Assembly (NCBI GenBank): GCA_963758525.1
Contig: CAVWVQ010000003.1
Coordinates: 3,392,001-3,456,000, forward strand
Direction of reading: 5' to 3'
Source: an uncultured Phycisphaerales bacterium
Lineage (GTDB): Bacteria; Planctomycetota; Phycisphaerae; Tepidisphaerales; Tepidisphaeraceae
Length of the DNA stretch: 64,000 nt
Shown here: in pieces, positions 62,355 to 64,000 of the stretch
Numbering within the stretch: the stretch's first letter is position 1
How the letters are laid out: the number at the start of each line of letters is the position of its first letter
Translations under genes and position numbers: made by a program
The notes under the pieces: generated by a model
What the model was told of the DNA's origin: nothing
Databases searched by the model: none
The model's input: only the letters and a program-made list of their open reading frames with translations

Positions 62355-63997
62355 ATGACCGACCAGCGCCGCATCGAAATCTACGACACGACCCTGCGCG
62401 ACGGGACGCAAGGCGAAGGGTTCAATCTCTCGTTGCAGGACAAGCTCCTGATTGCCAGGAAGCTCGATGAGCTGGGCGTGGATTACATCGAAGGCGGGTT
62501 CCCGCTTTCCAATCCAAAGGACGCGGCGTTTTTTGAGGAGGCGCGGCAAATCCACTTCCGGCACGCGAAGATCGCGGCCTTTGGAATGACGCGCCGGCGG
62601 GGAATCAAAGCCTCGGACGATCCGGGGATGCAGGCGCTGGTGCATGCGCAAACGCCGGTCGTCACGCTGGTCGGCAAGAGCAGCGAGTTTCACGCGACGG
62701 CGGTGCTCTCGGTCAGCCCGGAGGAGAATCTGCAGATGATCGCCGACTCCGTCCGCTTTATCCGCGAGGCGGGTCGGACGGTGGTGTACGATGCCGAGCA
62801 TTTCTTCGATGCGTTCAAGGCCAATCGCGAATATGCGATCAAGACGCTGATGGCAGCTCAGGAGGCGGGCGCATCGGTGCTGGTGCTTTGCGATACCAAT
62901 GGTGGGACGATGCCGGAGCAGGTTGCCGAGGCGGTCGCGGCGGTGAAAGCCGCGGCGTCGGTCATGGTAGGCATTCATACGCATAATGACGCAAGCCTTG
63001 CGGTCGCGAATGGACTGGCGGCCGTGCGGGCGGGCGCGGCGCATGTGCAGGGGACGATCAACGGAGTGGGCGAGCGCTGCGGCAACATGGATCTGCTGCC
63101 GCTGATCGCGAATCTGCAACTCAAGTACAACCTCTCGTGCCTGGCGCCGGGGACGCTGTGCGCATCACCGAGACGAGCCGATTCGTCTATGAGACGGCCA
63201 ATCTGAACATGTGGTCGGGCCAGCCGTACGTGGGGAGCAGCGCGTTTGCCCATAAGGGAGGGATGCACGTGCACGCGGTGCAGAAAAACGCCAGCACGTA
63301 TGAGCACGTTTCGCCGGAGCTGGTGGGAAATACGCGGCGGGTGCTGATCAGCGAATTGTCGGGGGCGAGCAACATCGCCGCCAAGGCGGGCAGGAAGTTT
63401 GACATCGAGTCGGACAAGGCCGCGCTGCGGAAGGTGCTGGAAACGGTGCAGGACCTGGAGAATGCCGGGTATCAGTTCGAAGCAGCCGAGGCCAGCTTCG
63501 AGCTGTTGCTTCGCAAGCAGATCGGCCGGCATCAGCGATTTTTCACGCTGGATCACTACCGGGTAAGCGTTCTGAAACAGGGGGAATCGGATGCGATTTC
63601 CGAAGCGACCGTGAAGTTGCTCGTCAAAGAAACCACGGAGCACCGCGTCGCGGAGGGAGATGGGCCGATCAACGCGCTCGATGGCGCGCTGCGAAAGGCG
63701 CTTCGGCCGCACTACGCGTCGATCGATGAGGTGCATCTGACCGACTACAAAGTGCGGGTGATCAACTCCAAGGACGAGACGGCGGCCAGCGTGCGCGTCA
63801 TCATCGAGTGCCGGCGTCTGCGCCGGGATGGTTCCAAGGAAGCATTCGGAACGATCGGCGTGAGCGAGAATATCATCGACGCGAGCTGGCAGGCGCTGGT
63901 GGATGCCTACGAATATCACCTGATCCATGTGGCGGAGGAATCGGCGCCGCAAGGGACGACGACGCCGGCTGAGGCGCCGGCGATGGCTGTTCGCTAA
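62355..63997 (+). CDS. cimA: Citramalate synthase (frameshift near 63160)
   Basis: YDTTLRDGTQGEG, YDAEHFFD, HTHND, GERCGN, AHKGGMH, GYQFEAAEASFEL, GVSENIIDASWQAL. Confidence 0.93.
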
Positions 63998-64000
63998 TCA

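Noticed and set aside
189..63997. Frameshifts in htrA-like, GNAT, polX, S2P, lepA, DUF2063, Gfo/Idh/MocA, PL4 lyase and cimA as programmed frameshifting or pseudogenes
   Set aside because: More than a dozen unrelated genes, including conserved ones, are affected at GC runs or short homopolymers with no shared slippery motif; long-read indel errors explain them better

Overview
GC-rich bacterial chromosomal window, most likely from a planctomycete (a Planctomycete-type 'EALESRTLF' export motif and Tat-exported Gfo/Idh/MocA-FGE-ApbE genes are present; Phycisphaerae/Tepidisphaerales is my inference). Many single-base frameshifts, including in conserved genes such as lepA, polX and cimA, point to an uncorrected long-read assembly. 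The housekeeping backbone comprises dnaE, polX, xerC, mdh, lepA, pgl, pgi, manC, ruvX/yqgF, htpG and cimA. Accessory content includes a six-Cys bufferin-like MNIO (DUF692) RiPP cluster, a tandem pair of TPR proteins ending in catalytically dead trypsin-like domains, a periplasmic redox cluster, a PL4 rhamnogalacturonan lyase flanked by a direct repeat, and a decaying toxin-antitoxin/RAYT/Fic patch. The intergenic DNA carries many REP-like palindrome families, and several copies sit inside coding sequences. The best unannotated signals are a probably leaderless Ile-rich leader peptide with terminator/antiterminator upstream of citramalate synthase, REPs translated within proteins, a RAYT-like transposase with its own AAAG-footed REP, and a candidate ~65-nt sRNA. 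No rRNA, tRNA or CRISPR array was recognised.
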